35,047 nucleotides of DNA from Octopus bimaculoides (lineage: Eukaryota): NCBI RefSeq assembly GCF_001194135.2, contig NC_068983.1:42589813-42624859 (forward strand). Direction: 5' to 3'. The notes under the pieces are model-generated. The model had not been told where the DNA came from. It searched no databases and saw only the letters and a program-made list of their open reading frames with translations. This document shows, piece after piece, positions 35,006 to 35,047 of the stretch (positions are counted from its first letter, which is position 1; the number at the start of each line of letters is the position of its first letter). The translations under genes and the position numbers were made by a program.

Positions 35006-35047
<42 letters not shown>

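Overview
AT-rich eukaryotic DNA, repeat-dense, with five assembly gaps that all abut microsatellites or homopolymers. The repeat repertoire looks like an octopus (coleoid cephalopod) genome; this is my recognition, not a database result. I cannot support any intact host protein-coding gene, rRNA, tRNA gene or CRISPR array, and almost all ORF-track entries are microsatellite, N-gap or SINE artefacts. The window reads as intronic or intergenic. It holds several tRNA-headed SINE families (my labels B1, B2, C, F), an abundant (GAT)n-tailed RTE-like retroposon (A), piggyBac-like TTAA MITEs, a hAT MITE with an 8-bp TSD, a deleted DDD-type Tc1/mariner (maT-like) transposase pseudogene, and Penelope-like terminal repeats with minimal hammerhead-ribozyme motifs. 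The most interesting signals are (i) strong minus-strand 3' splice sites directly followed by 5' splice sites (AG|GTAAGT, AG|GTATGT) spaced about 10 kb apart, suggesting possible recursive splicing or microexons, (ii) hammerhead motifs whose stem II covaries between copies, and (iii) modular and nested retroposon architectures, including closely spaced inverted pairs that could form dsRNA. Repeat boundaries are approximate (about 10-20 bp) unless a TIR or TSD is quoted.
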